Shown in pieces: positions 1-13,561 of a DNA stretch of 64,000 nt; positions within the stretch are counted from its first letter, which is position 1; every line of letters begins with the position of its first letter. The stretch covers positions 2,976,001 to 3,040,000 of the forward strand of contig CM060733.1 in NCBI GenBank assembly GCA_030704615.1, read 5' to 3'. Position numbers and translations under genes: made by a program. The DNA comes from Takakia lepidozioides. Its lineage: Eukaryota > Plantae > Bryophyta. The notes beneath the pieces were generated by a model. The model was not told the origin of the DNA, made no database searches, and saw only the letters and a list, made by a program, of their open reading frames with translations.

Positions 1-277
1 AAAAACCTGGACAGCTGTGTAGGGATTCCGTGGCCAGGAAAGAAACAGAGCTTAGTTTTTGCCATAACACTTGCACGTGCGAAGGACGGACCGTCGCCGA
101 CCCGCGCCGATCAACGGGGCCCACAGCTTTGCCCAGCGTGGATCTCGTGTCAGCGTTGCCAACACTATACAAGCGATTCGGGATTCTGTTTTCCCCATTG
201 TCAAACATTTGGGAGAGCACAGCCGAAGGCTTCCTCTACTACTCGAGGTTTATCTCTGTATCGTGCAGCAAGTGACA

Positions 278-1119
278 ATGGTGGCCACCCTCACAGCGCA
301 AGATGTGATGAAGATTCCGGTCGATCGTGTGTGGAGGGCGTTGGGGGATGGTGAACTTCTGCTGCCAAAAGTCGTGCCAGACATCGTTTCAAGTATCAAG
401 AAGATAGAGGGCGATGGCGGCCCCGGCACAGTGCGCCTCTTCACGTTCGGGCCTGGTACTGTATCTTTTCGTTATGTGAATGCAAATCTACAATGCGCGT
501 CACATGCGAGTTGCCACGAATTGATAGTTCACAGTGTTCCAGTGAGATTTGGCACACATGGAAACAGTTCACGTCAAATGCCCTTAATATTTCCTTAAAC
601 AGGTCCTATGAACAGTCGTGTGGGTGAAGGTGTTTGGCGTTCCAGTGGTTTATGATAAATGTCTAGAAGTTAGAGTGACGTCGCATGTGAAAATCTTTGA
701 TGTGTCTCTCTCCTCTCTTATTTGTCTCGGGAGGATGCTTCAGGATTGTATATGGTCGTACGATCCAAGTTTCGGAGGCGCAATACATCAGACAGAAGTC
801 ACGATCATTGTTGGTGGACTTGCATGCAGGTATGAAGCTCCATAACACTGTAAAGGAGAGAATCGACGTGGTGGACAGTGTCAACCACCTGCTGACCTAC
901 ACAGTGATTGAGGGACAGGGTCACAACTACAGCCACCTGCAGGCCACCGTTTCCTTCGCGCCGAGTGCAGACGACAACCAAAATACAATAGCTTCTTGGA
1001 AAGTGGACTACGTTCCTGTTGGAGATATGGGGCCTCCGGAACACGTCAAAACCTCTATTTTGCGGACCTTCAAAGCTGTAGAGAATTATTTGCTCGCTCA
1101 TCCTGAAGAATACGTCTAA
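278..1119 (+). CDS. PR-10 / Bet v 1-like pathogenesis-related protein, two exons (278-455, 830-1119), 155 aa
   Basis: ATG at 278; glycine-rich loop IEGDGGPGTVRLFTFG; phase-1 GT..AG intron 456-829 at the usual PR-10 position; exon 2 has KERIDVVD...YTVIEG and the C-terminal FKAVENYLLAHP; the spliced frame is open to TAA at 1117-1119. Confidence 0.93.
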
Positions 1120-2671
1120 GGCAACTGTGGAGTTCGACTCTGTAATGCCAGCAAGTTGGACTTGTTGAGTAACACCCTTTATAGAATGTTAATTGTCCGT
1201 CATATGAATACGAGATGAATCCGAGTTTTCTCGGTTCGCCCACTGCATATTGCAGCTCTCGCTATTGTCCCTGGTGTAGTTTTCATTCGTCCAGGGTTGC
1301 AATCTGCATACTTAAACGTGCATTTATCATTGTCCATTTACTCGCAAGGAGCCTCAATCCTTGCAAGCAGTGGCACGTCCGTAAAGCTGAGGAGAATTTG
1401 CTGGCAGAAGTTTTCTGTTGAGGAAGAGTCAATAGTTGGCCGATGTTTATTCCATATACTTCGAAGTGGCTGTGTTAAGTGAACTGACATGTATATTCTG
1501 ATGAAGCGCCGAGTAACATTAATGCGTGCTAATGTGCATTCATTACACGCGAAATTTACATTATTTTCAAATTGTTAAGTAAGGACTTCTGCATTAATGT
1601 TCACGTCCTCTCCACCCACACTATGATGTACCAGGTCGAGCCCTATCATCAATACAATCTCTATTTAAGACCATGCGCAGTGCTCAACATGCTCAATGTT
1701 CACATTGGATGCTGTGTGGACGTGTACACCCAAACAGGCTGCTGCAACCGTACGTTATTCGTTGATTAAGTTAGTACAGGGTAGACCCTCGGCACGGGGC
1801 CATTACTTGGTTAGAGGCCGCAGCCCGAGACCTAGGACCGAGGACTTGGTAGGTAATGGCCGAGGCTGAGGCTCACCTATCTGTGTAAAGAAACGAAATT
1901 AATGGGGGAGTATATTATGTTTGGGAAATGTGCGTTATATGTGGATGTAACGTAGTCAACCAGACACGATAGGTTTGTCCTGCAAAGCTCGCAAAACTCA
2001 CTTAAACTACACTCTACAAAATGAGGAGATTTCATTACGACAATGTAAAGCGCAGTTCTAAAAAGCAGCTGAGACAGTCTCTACAGTCGCAGATTGTAGA
2101 TGCTGTTGCTCTTGCGGTAGAAGTTCAACCAGCAGGGCATATGTAGGGTGGTCATAAATTGTAACCGCTTGCCTTGTAATCTGCTGTAGTGGTACAACGT
2201 AGGCCAACAATTTTCTTTGTAAATTTTAGAGCATGTCAATGATGGTGCTTTACAAAGGTGAAGAGAACCTTCCTGACAAATATTTCAAAATGTATAGTTT
2301 TCCAAATAGGAAATTCCGGGAGCGACTGCTCTCTCAAATCAATTTCATTATAGGTAGTGGAGAAAGTAACCTTTTCGTAGTAACCTCGCCGTCAGATTAA
2401 AAATATCTCTGGATGTTAATATTCAGTAAACTCTAAAAATGTGATAGCTTACCCTTTTTATCTTAAAACTTTTTAACTACCATTCATGAAGTCGTTCACC
2501 GAAATGTACTCTGACCGATATTCTAAAAATGGACCCGCACTCTGCATCATGAATACCACCAACGAGGTTTATTACTACACTGTACGGAAGTAGTCCCAAT
2601 TTCATAAACATTTTGCATTCAATTGTCCACTTAGTAATACTGAAGGCTGCAGCAACACCGTATGGAGCATA

Positions 2672-3095
2672 CCGTCCCTTATCAACCGTTTAGGCGATAA
2701 TTAATTCAAATTGAAAGTGCCTAACGCGTTTTGGGAATTTTTCAAAATTTGGCCTAATTGCACGGAAACCAGTGTTTTTATTCTGGAATTTGAAAAAAAG
2801 CGCAAGTGGCTACAAAGTTTGGCAAAAAATAGTCATACATTCTGTTTATCCATTGAAATTAGGACAGAATCATCCATGTCCGTACATAAATCCATTTATA
2901 TCATCCATATTTGGCGAATTCATTTGGAGAAATTTGACTATTTCTTCAATGAAAAACAGGGAATTTGCAACAGAATATTTCATAGCATGAAGATGCCTAA
3001 TGTGAGAAATGGTTTGAGAAACGTGCCTAACTGACTCGTATGGTTTTTTAATAATTATTAGGTGCAAAAATGCCTAAACGGTTGATAAGGGACGG
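2672..3095. mobile_element. Tc1/mariner (pogo-like) MITE, 424 bp
   Basis: Perfect 24-bp TIR CCGTCCCTTATCAACCGTTTAGGC / GCCTAAACGGTTGATAAGGGACGG flanked by TA on both sides; AT-rich non-coding interior. Confidence 0.88.
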
Positions 3096-5789
3096 TATGC
3101 TGCATTGATGAGGGGCCTGGCGTTGGTACACATAATGAGGGAGGAGAAGGAGGAAAAACATATGCCAGTGGCCATTACTTAAGCAAGAGACATTTTGCAA
3201 TCTGAACTTGTCTGGCTCCTCCCTTCTTCGAAACAACCAGCACTACCATTGAGATACTTCAGCCCCACCCACTCAAATGTCTGAATGAACATACCCACCT
3301 CCTCAGTTCAAACCTTACCTCACACATGTGTGCCTCATGAATAGCTTTTGTTCTGAATTGCCCTTGCGAATTTGCGGTCCAGGAATCTGATTGTCTCATC
3401 CCGCATTATTGAGGATCTCTTGTATTAGTGAAGTATCCCTCCAAAGTATCCCTCCAAACAAGCTTAGCATCAATGCAGCATTGAAAATGGCAGTCAGACT
3501 CCACTTCAGTTTTTATTCAATTTTTACCCACTCACTTCATCTTGCCGTCACGAGGAGTCTACCTTTTAAGAAATTCCCATTCATAACATATTTTTTGCAC
3601 AGATCAGGGCATAAAACGTACGAGCCGGAAACCCAGAACGACACTATCTCTCATCAGATTGAGTCACAACATACTTTCATCGCAATTTGATCTGTCAAGT
3701 TAAATAAACACAGTATGAAACTAACTAGAATAAAGCCAGTTATTTGTATTTAACACTTGGATTTAGTTCAAGTGTTAAGTCAGGTGTCAAGTTTAGCTTG
3801 ACACCTGAACCATCTTATCTTCACGAGAGCGTCAGTCGTGCGGCTCATCTCTCTCGAGTTGAGCCTGCACGACCGAGCTCCTTCACTGCTTAGAATCTGA
3901 GTGTGTTTATGAAGGGAGAATAGGACGTTGTGGGGTGGAGTCCCCATAGCTTGGGGTGCCCCTGGCTCGACTCTTAGTTTTAATGAGTGATTGTGTTGTG
4001 TTTTGTGTTTCTTTGTTATTAGACATGTGAGGTTAGTTCTTTCAATCACTCGAGAGAGATGAGCTCTTACCTGTGAGTGCAAGGTAGGAGTTGAGGGTTA
4101 GCACTTGTATGATTGCCTGTGTGTGAGTAGTGCTTAGTTTGAGAAGTTTAAAAAAAAAAAACAAAAAAACATGCAGGTTTCGATCATCTCTGGTTTCTGG
4201 GTATATAGATGGTCATGGGAAGCATAGCAATCAGAGGAGGGCTCCTGCCTTTTGGTTTTGGATGGTGGAGACGACAGGTTGCCAAAAGAGAGGTGAGGGC
4301 TGCAACTTTGCAATGAGATTGCCCGCAGAGAGGTGGCACGGTTCTCATATTCTTGCACACAGCTCAAGCAATGAGCATAGAACGGCTCTGGCTCGAGTTC
4401 GTCTCACATCCTCAGTCGCAATGGTGGGAAACTGATAAGGGGGTGCAATCTTCCTGTATGATGTGGAAATTGTTGTTGAAGGGGCTCGTGATTCAAGCCA
4501 GCATGCAGATGTTTTCTGGACTCAATCGTATCTCCAGCTGCTAAGATGGTTGAGAATTGTTGCCTGCCGTCGCTCCTCTTCTGCCGTCGTTCCACGAAGT
4601 CACCGTCCATCGTTGGCGTCAGTTGGGGGCCGCCTTCCAGTCGTCATGTGGTGGAAGCGAGTGGAAGATGGGAGCTGTGATGGTATTCATAGTATTCATG
4701 CAGCTGCCTTGGTGCAGCAGAAGCACCTAAAGGAGAATTTGGTGCGTTTCCAGTCAGTAATAGAACACAGAACGAGAGGAGGGGTGAATCCAGACTGTGA
4801 GAACTACATGAACATGTTCAAAACCCGTAGATAACCTGGGAACAGTTTTTAATGGCGAGAACGTTGTGGTGTTAAAAATAAAATAAAAACCCTTTTTTTA
4901 TCTAATTTAAATGATTTAGAGCCTAATTGGTCATATCTTTGTCAAATGGACTCCGTTTGACTCAGTTTTTGGGGGGATAGCTGCAGAAAGGGGAAATTTA
5001 CATGGTTTTAGTTTTTTGGACTCTGCTAAAAATCTATGGAATTTTTTGAGTGTGAGTGTGCTATGAAAGATCCACAATTCTGTTTCTAGAACCTGTGTGG
5101 TCTACATGAGAGACAAATCTGGGAATGTCCTCCTTGTATGGCTGGGGGAAATGAGGACGTAATTGAAGGGCATGTCTCTTCTCTTAGCCTGTGCACACAA
5201 GGGGACAAGATTTATGTTTCTCAAGGAGCTCAGACTGATTTGAGTGGAGAGCAGTTGGACGAGTTGATTGCATACTAGGAGTTAGGCATTGGCAATAGAC
5301 AACAAACTGCAGTAGTTGGCGTTGAGGGCCTCAATATTGCTTTGGACAGTCAGAACTCTGTTGGATCAAGCAGTTTTGCAGCTGTAGGTGAAATACCAAA
5401 GTGGGTGGAAGCTAGGTTTGGAACACAGCCAAAGACAGCCCCGGGGACCAAGGTGTTCAGCCTCAAGGCCGTGGTGTACTGGAGCAGAGAGGAGCAGGAG
5501 CTACACAAGTTTTTGCAATCAGACATGGTTGCAGCCGGACACGCTCTACACGAGGCAACCACGAGCGGGGGTTCATTAGCAATGAAAAGTTTGTGCTGCT
5601 TGAAGGAGATGCAGTCATTTGCAATGAGGACACCCGCAACCGTCTCAAAGCTTTTGAGTGCAGGTGCCCTGAGCCACTTGGATATGACCCTTAAATTGCA
5701 ACAGGTGCCCACCCGTGTCACTATTAGAATTAGTACTAGAGCCTTATAGTGTCACGTAGGGGAGGTGCACGTTGTGAGTGTCATCACGG

Positions 5790-8233
5790 AGTTTGCTCGG
5801 TGCTACATAGATGACATCATCATCTTTAGTGCTACGGTGGAGGAACATGTGAGACACCTTCAGGTGGTATTTGAGCGCTTGAGGGCGCACAGATTGAAGT
5901 TACATCCGGGAAAGTGCAAGTTTTTCCACAACCAAATTGAGTATCTGGGTCACATGATATATCCTGGAGCATTGGGGGTACAGCAGACTAAGGTAGAGTC
6001 TATTGCACAGATTCCACGCCCCACGGATGTGAGCCGAGTTCGAGCTTTCATGGGATTAGCAAACTATTATAGACGGTTTAATAAGGGATTTAGTGCCAAA
6101 GGCTCTAACCAAATTGACCAAGGTGGACCAGGAGTGGCAGTGGGAAGATGAGCAAGAACAAGCTTTTCAAGAGCTCAAGGCGAGGTTGACCTCGGCGCCC
6201 ATCTTGAGACGACCTATCAGGGGGCGTCATTTTCAGCTGCATACAGATTGGAGCATGCCGGGGCTTGGAGCGGTGCTCACACAGGTGGATGATGAGGGAA
6301 GAGAGTTCGTAGTGGCTTATGCTAGCCGCTCGAACAACGCTGCAGAGTCTAAGTATAGCTCATATGAGGGAGAATGCTTAGCTGCAGTGTGGGTCGTGGC
6401 ACACTTCAGGTGCTATCTATACGGCAATCTCTTCACCCTTGTCACGGATCACCAACCACTCAAGTGGTTGATGGAGTCAGACAAGCTTACGGGGAAGCTT
6501 GCACGGTGGGCACTCATCCTTCAAGAGTATGACTTTCAGGTTGTGCATCGACCGGGTTTGGTCAATCGGGATGCAGATGGGTGAGTCGCAATCCATGCAC
6601 GAGCCAGCAGGATGATACTGGAGTTCGGTGGCATGGTGAGACGGACGAGGAGATGGTGCCCGGATGGCATGCATCTGCATTTCTGTGTATCTTGGCAGCG
6701 AAAGACCAGGTTGGATCTACAACAGGGATGACTATAGACCGAGTGTCTGAGGACCCTGAGGCCAACAATAAGCAAGGTGGCGCCAAAGATATACATGAGG
6801 ATTCAGCTGTATTGGACTACCTCCGCACTAGAGACACGACAGCCACTGTGACTGCCAAGGAGAGGGATCGGATCCTACAACGAGCCAAGAGGTTCAAGTG
6901 GGAGGGGACACACCTGCTCCGAGTGTGGGAGGATTGTCGAGTGAGGATTGTGCCTCACCCAACACAGCGGGCACAGTTAGTGCGGTATGCCCATGAGGAG
7001 TTGGGGCATTTTGGGGTGCGACGCACTCATAGTATACTGCAGGGGCAGTATTGGTGGCGTGGTATGCACACAGAGGTGCAACAATTTGTGGCTAGGTGCA
7101 TGGTGTGTGACAGGGTGCGTGCTTCATTCAACGCCCCTACTCCACAATTGCACCCTCTTCCGATCATGGGATTGGGCTACAGGTGGAGTCTTGACTTCGC
7201 AGGGCCGTTGCCACTAACCATGCGCCACAACAAGTACGTGTTGGTGATGGTGGAGCACTTCTCCAAGTGGATCGAGTTGGTTTCATTGCCTGATAAGGCT
7301 AGTGAGGGAGCTGCGTATGCATTCTTGGATTGTGTACTTAGCTGATTCGGTGCTCCAGCTGAGGTACTCACGGACCAAGGGAGAGAGTTCTTGGGGGAGT
7401 TTCAGGCGTTGTGTGACGAGGCCTTGGTAGACCACCGCACCACTTCTCGGGATCATCCTGAGGCCGATGGCTTGGCAGAGAGGGTTGTTCAGACAGTGAA
7501 GAGGGGTTTGCGCAAGTATGGCTTGCAGAAGGGACACCTAGGAGATTGGGACCTTCAGTTACATTGGTTAGCCATGGTCTACAGGTTCAGCAATCAATCA
7601 TCACTTGCATCCTTCTCACCATACTTTTTTCTCTTTGGCCGAGAGCCGGATTTGCCTGCATCCATTCGTAGAGAAGCTGCTACAGTTCTCAACCTTGACG
7701 ATCCGGACATGTGGGCACGTGCATGTGATCAGCGTGCAGAGTTGTTCAAGAAAGTCATGCCCATGGCTTTCGAGAATCTTGCCATTGCACAACATCGTGA
7801 TACGTTGAGGTATGCTGCTATACGTGGTGGGGGGTATCATCCTGGGGTTTGGAGATTTAACCCTGATGACTATGTTTATCTGCAGCAAACTGCTCCTACG
7901 ACCTTGGATGTGACTGCGGGACGTACTATTTTGAGGGTTCGAGAGGTGTTGCCCTCAGGAGTCCTGATATTGGAGGGTCGGGATGGCATGATTTGGAAGG
8001 ACCATGAGCGTAATTGCGCGCCATGTCACCTTCCAAATGTTGATGGAAGGGTTGACCCAAACCTGGCAGTGGTACTTGCAAGTTTGAGGTGCATGTTGTG
8101 TGGGTCTGCTAGAGGGGCAGCCACCATGCTGGTGTGTGATCAATGCTCTAGAGGTTGGCATATGGGATGCTTGACTCCACCTCTTGAGATGGTTCCTGAT
8201 GGGGATTGGTTATGTCCGCATTGCATTGGATAG
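5790..8233 (+). pseudogene. 5'-truncated Ty3/Gypsy pol (RT C-half, RNase H, integrase) ending in a PHD finger
   Basis: YIDDIIIFS (RT); LHTDWS...YASR...TDHQPL (RNase H); H-x4-H...C-x2-C zinc finger; WSLDFAGP and HPEADGLAER (integrase); C-terminal CMLC...MLVCDQCSRGWHMGCLTPPL..VP.GDWLCPHC; frameshift near 6095 and in-frame stops; candidate polypurine tract AGGGGGGC near 8483. Confidence 0.9.
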
Positions 8234-9592
8234 TGGGAGTGGATACAACCATGGAAGGCTAACAAGAAATGCAAGGCCAAGCTACTACAAGACCTTGAAC
8301 ACACGAGATCCTGACTCGAGTTCAAAGATTGCAAGACGACGACTAACGATGGGGCTACTCTTGTACCCGGCCTCTTGGTCTATAGAGTTTGAGTACAATA
8401 GGGACAGTGATAGAGGACTTAGTACGGCTGTGGCTATTACATCTTGTAGCTATCTGGAGTTAGAGGGACCTATCCACCAGCTAGGGGGGCGATTGTGGCA
8501 GACTACTTTATTGTCCATATATGTGTGGTGTAGTTTGGATAGCGATGTAGTTGTGTAGCGATACGTATGCGCACGACAGATCTTACACTGGCAGATTGAG
8601 AAGCAGCTTCAGCTGCCCAAAGTAGACCACAGTGCAGTAGACGTCCTGCATGACATCATCCCCCGATTATCCTTATTCCACCACCAAACCATTGACTTCT
8701 CAACAACCCACCTTCATGGTAGACAAGAAAACACAAGCTCTTGCAAACCCAGCAAAACATAGGAAGAAGGAACATAACATACCTATCTCGCGCTAATCAC
8801 GTAGAAGAAGTGTAGTAGGGTACTAGAAGTGTAGTACCGGCGGGGCCTTGCTGGAGGAGGTACACCGAGTCCAGTGAATTAGTCAATTGAGGCACTGAGC
8901 TTCTGGCCCCTCCCATTGCACTGTGACAAGTATAACTTTACAACAAGTTTCGCTCGTAGTCATGCATGTCCCTCGATCTCCCAAGTGCATGAACTAAAGG
9001 AGTTGACCAACGCATTTTACTTCGGTATATGCAAACTTTCAGGCGGGCTCTTCCTTATATATTTACTCTTGAGAATGAGACCCCAATTTTCGTCTTTGAT
9101 ACTGTGACACCTGGATCAGACGTGTGCAGCGGGATACTAAGGAAACTTCGTTGATCAACGAGTCACATGACACATGTCCCCATCTCATTCAGGCTTCCAC
9201 GTAGATGCTGTCGACAGTGGCTAATCCAACCTACCAAGGGTAACCGGCCCACTCTCCTCACTAAGCTCTCTCTCTCAAAGACTTGCATCCAAAGAATCAT
9301 AAACCGTAGAGTAGTACAACAAAAATTCAGGAAACCTAAGTAGGGACTGTTGTGATTCTTTTGAGAATTAACTATCCATCAATTATTGCCTAAGTTAATT
9401 TACCATAGTGAAAGGACATCACTCTTTACAATTAGAGCCTACTTCCAGTGGGGGAGCCTGGACCGCAAATTTAGGAGTTTGTCAAGCATTTGGAGAAAAT
9501 AGCCGGGTCTCTTTGAGGGTTTTCCCAATCAGGTGGAGGTCGGAGATTGTGGAGCTCGGCGGCTGGGTGATAGTTTTGGACTTCTAGTATTA

Positions 9593-11041
9593 CCGTAGTG
9601 GAAGTGCAGCTAGGCACAAATTAAATTTAGAAAAAAAGTGCCTAAGCAAATCTGTGATTTTTCAATATTTATGCCTAAAAGGCTGGAAAAATAGCATGAA
9701 TAATAATTCAATAAATATTCTCTAAACTCTATATAATTTTTATTGAATGCAAATATATATATATATATCCATAAATATTCAAAAAATATAGGCCAATTCC
9801 CTAGGTCCATACCAGTGTTGGGCGGTTGATTGATTTTTTTCATAACCGGCGGTTCCGGTTGCTTCAAATTTTAGAAAACTATTAACTTGTGGTTGTGGTT
9901 ATTAAATTTTTTATGGCTAGATATAACCTGCCGGTTATGGTTACTTGCAAAAACCTCAAATAACCGGCGGTTTTCATCAAATAACCACGGTATTGGGCGG
10001 TTTTTTAAGAGGTTTTTTGCTTGGTTATTTGAATGCGTGACCTCCGCCGGTTCTTAACTGGACCGGTTACTTCATTTTTTCACCTCCGCCGGTCGTATAT
10101 ACATATAACCGGATAGGTAACCGCCAGGTATTAGAGAGAAATTGAAATAACCGCCCAACACTGGTCCATACAATCTCCATAGGACCTTCCAATAAATCCC
10201 GAACATCCTGCAAATGTTCATCATTGAATTCTTGATCACCATTCAAGTTAGGTATATTGAGTCTTCAATGTGGAAATTTCCAAGGCAACGACTCATGCTC
10301 TCCACCAACTCGACATAAAGATAAAAGTCTGGTACCTCGGAACAACTAGGAATCTTTTCCACTTCCACTTGAGAATCTATGGATGTAAACAAAACCTCAG
10401 TAAAATTGGCTCTCATAGCCTCACACTGAAATTGAAACTCAAAAGCTCGAAGAAATATGCCACAGTGTCTCCAACCTGAAACTATCATCTCTCTATGGCA
10501 ACCCACTTGTACCCAAGCTTCATTAACCAAATCAATGCAAACTCACGCATTGTAGGCAAATCTGTCTCAAGCACCACATCTTCTACAGGGATATCTTTTT
10601 CCAGCTGCTCTTGGATCTTCCTAGCTGACCATTTCTTGAATGCAGCTGAAAATGCACATTTCAATGGCCTTTGCAAAATAACCTATGTAGGTTGCAACTT
10701 TGAAGTGCAATTGGCAGGAATAAACAAGAGACAAATATTGGGATAAGTATCTTTCATGTATGTCATGAACTCATCCGATCTGTGTACACTCTAGCAATCA
10801 ATAAGCCAAATCATTTTTGATTGGCAGGTAACTTCACTCGAAGCTTTTCTGATGCAAAATGAGGTAATAGCACCAAATCCACGAATTGCTTACACGTGTC
10901 CAAATTGAACCAATGATTGTGTGATAAAGTGCAATGAAATCCTCTTGTCATAATTCTTTTGCTTTCAGGGCTCTTGGACAACGAAAGTTTTGGTCTTACC
11001 CTTGAAAATAATCTGACGTGGTAAAATGGTCCCATCAACAC
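9593..11041 (-). mobile_element. pogo-family (DDE_1) DNA transposon remnant, 3' half of transposase plus candidate terminus
   Basis: The minus strand encodes GTILP.QIIFKGKT, HNHW.NLDTCKQFV, WLIDC.SVH and FIPANCTSKLQP.Y...RPLK, typical of DDE_1 transposases; TA|CCGTAGTGG...TAGGC at 9591-9615 resembles the MITE end at 2672. Confidence 0.75.
9813..10163. mobile_element. hAT-family MITE, 351 bp, nested in the pogo remnant
   Basis: 15-bp TIR CAGTGTTGGGCGGTT / AACCGCCCAACACTG; perfect 8-bp TSD GTCCATAC (9805-9812 and 10164-10171); internal CCGG/GGTT subterminal motifs. Confidence 0.92.
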
Positions 11042-11965
11042 TGTCACAGACATAGCCCAGATGAACTTACCAGGAGTAAATACCATAAGTTATCAAATTA
11101 TCAAGTTACCATGTTATCAAAAATTACCATGATTTACCATAAATTACTATTAGTTACCAAATTATCGGGAGTTTACCAAATTATCGAGAGTAACTTGAGA
11201 AACTGCTCAGGAAACTTCATTCTGATGCAAAATGAGGTAATAGCACCAAATCCACGAATTGCTTACACGTGTCCAAATTGGACCAATGATTGTGTGATAA
11301 AGTGCAATGAAATCCTCTTGTCATAATTCTTTTGCTTTCAGGGCTCTTGGACAACGAAAGTTTTGGTCTTACCCTTGAAAATAATCTGAAGTGGTAAAAT
11401 GGTCCCATCAACACTGTCACGGACATAGCCCAGATGAACTTACCAGGAGTAAATACCATAAGTTATCAAATTATCAAGTTACCATGTTATCAAAAATTAC
11501 CATGATTTACCATAAATTACCATGATTTACCAAATTATCGGGAGTTTACCAAATTATCGAGAGTAACTTGAGAAACTGCTCAGGAAACTTCATTCTGATG
11601 CAAAATGAGGTAATAGCATCAAATCCACGAATTGCTTACACGTGTCCAAATTGGACCAATGATTGTGTGATAAAGTGCAATGAAATCCTCTTGTCATAAT
11701 TCTTTTGCTTTCAGGGCTCTTGGACAACGAAAGTTTTGGTCTTACCCTTGAAAATAATCTGAAGTGGTAAAATGGTCCCATCAACACTGTCACGGACATA
11801 GCCCAGATGAACTTACCAGGAGTAAATACCATAAGTTATCAAATTATCAAGTTACCATGTTATCAAGAATTACCATGATTTACCATAAATTACCATAAAT
11901 TACCATTAGTTACCAAATTATCGGGAGTTTACCAAATTATCGAGAGTAACTTGAGAAATTGCTCA
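10847..11965. repeat. Three tandem copies of a 373-bp unit spanning the pogo/LTR junction
   Basis: The LTR start TGTCAC occurs at 11042, 11415 and 11788 (period 373); near-identical ORFs end at 11086, 11459 and 11832. Confidence 0.95.
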
Positions 11966-12352
11966 AGAAACTTCATTTGGATGAAACTTCTTCATCAAGA
12001 AACCTTTGTTTAACCTTGGAAACTTCTCCATCAAGAAAACTCCATTGGGGAAGCTTTTTAGGGAACTTCCTAGTAGCCAGTATATATAGGAGGCGAGACT
12101 GGGCACTCTTCAATCTCATCAACACAAGTTCAAGCTACTCTTGTTTCCAGTCCCAGTACTCTAGTCCAGTTTCCAGCATACTAGTATTCAAGTCGAGTTC
12201 CAGTATCTTGTAATCTTGTCCATTGTTATAAAGATCATCTTGATTCATGTTTACACATCAAGCAGTCGGCCACGCCAACCTTGACTTCTTGTCTAGTCTT
12301 GTACCTCTAGTCTGATCTCTTGTTTGTGTTCAGTCACGTTCTCGTCCTGACA
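11788..12352 (+). repeat. 5' LTR of element A
   Basis: TG...CA ends; TATATA box near 12081; homologous to 44746-45804 and to the reverse complement of 46012-46361. Confidence 0.9.
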
Positions 12353-12390
12353 GTTTGGCGAGAGTAAAGTTTGTTTCTTAGTTAGTTGAG

Positions 12391-13561
12391 ATGGAAGACA
12401 CATTTGCGGAAATGGTCGTCACCTTGCAGAGTCTTCAGCTCCAGATGCAAGAACTTCGTACCTCTACCGCCCAATTACAAGCTGACTAGTCTCAAGATCT
12501 TGACAACGCTCTCCACAATTTGCAACAACAAATTTCAGAGTTAAAGAGTCGAACAATGGATCTTCAACCATACGAGTCCCTACTGCAACATCTCATACTG
12601 CAACGGTTCGTCGTCAACAGATTACGAAAGAACCAAAGATCAGCATGTCCGAGAAATTTGATGGGACGAGATCAAGATTTCGCGGTTTTGTTCAACAAGT
12701 ACAACTGTTCCTACGACTACATCCACAACGCTATCCCGATGAAGGTATTCAAGTGGGATTCGTGGGCACCCTTCTATCAGGCACTGCCCTATCTTGGTTT
12801 GCACTGATATTAGAAAAAAATCGCATTTACTATACAATTTTGAAGCGTTCATATCCGAATTCACTGCAACGTTTGGAGAGAATGATAGAGAGAAAGAGTT
12901 GCAGAGATAAAGATGCGAAATCTTCAACAAGGAGCACGTCCTGCTTCCGTTTATGCTGCCAAATTTCGACAACTTGAGTGCGACTTCGACTGGAATGAGA
13001 AAAGCCTCATTAGTCAGTTTCTATGTGGGCTAAAAGAGGATGTAAAAGATTTGTTGTTGACAATGCCAAACGTGAGTACACTGAACAAATTCATCACCCA
13101 AGTCATTGCATGCGATAATCGTTTGTTCGAAAGACGTCAAGAGAAGCGATCTGGATGGTCAACGACGCATCACGTCGCTGCTACTACGGCACCAAACACA
13201 ACGATCCATCAGACATTCGGTAGTGATCCTATGCAGATTGATGCTGTCCAATTCAAGCCATTGACGCCACAAGAAAAACAAAGACGGCGCTTGAATGGAT
13301 TATGCCTCTGTTGCGGAGAAGAAGATCACATAGCATTTAACTACCCCAACAAGAGAAGATTCAAAACTCGGGGTGCAACTCAAGTGCTCGATACGAGGAG
13401 GTCAAAAAACGAAGATGTCCAGTCACATTATGGACCATGCGGGTGGACACCACAAATTCTTCACCGGAAAAAAATCTTTTTCTACCTCCAGACCCTGCAC
13501 CTTGCTTCACAGTTCCGGTAAAAATCAGAGTGCAAAATCGAGATATCTCTGTAGAAGCACT
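12391..13561 (+). pseudogene. gag and start of protease of element A
   Basis: EKFDGTRSRFRGF, FVGTLLSGTALSWF, LQQGARPASVYAAKF, PMQID, and a degenerate zinc knuckle CLCCGEEDHIAFNYP; stops and frameshifts; ends in ISVEAL at the element B junction. Confidence 0.88.

Noticed and set aside
71-277. N-terminal extension of PR-10 given by ORF 71-598, and ORF 697-829
   Set aside because: These start at non-ATG codons and read through UTR or intron; the spliced ATG-278 model gives a normal-length PR-10.
3640-5750. Possible gag/LTR remnants (AGAGGAGGGGTGAAT near 4775) and ORF 5342-5749
   Set aside because: No paired LTR, PBS or convincing protein motif could be established.
10811-11832. Three near-identical small genes (MVFTPGKFIW...)
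   Set aside because: They are chimeric antisense-LTR/pogo frames produced by the 373-bp triplication.
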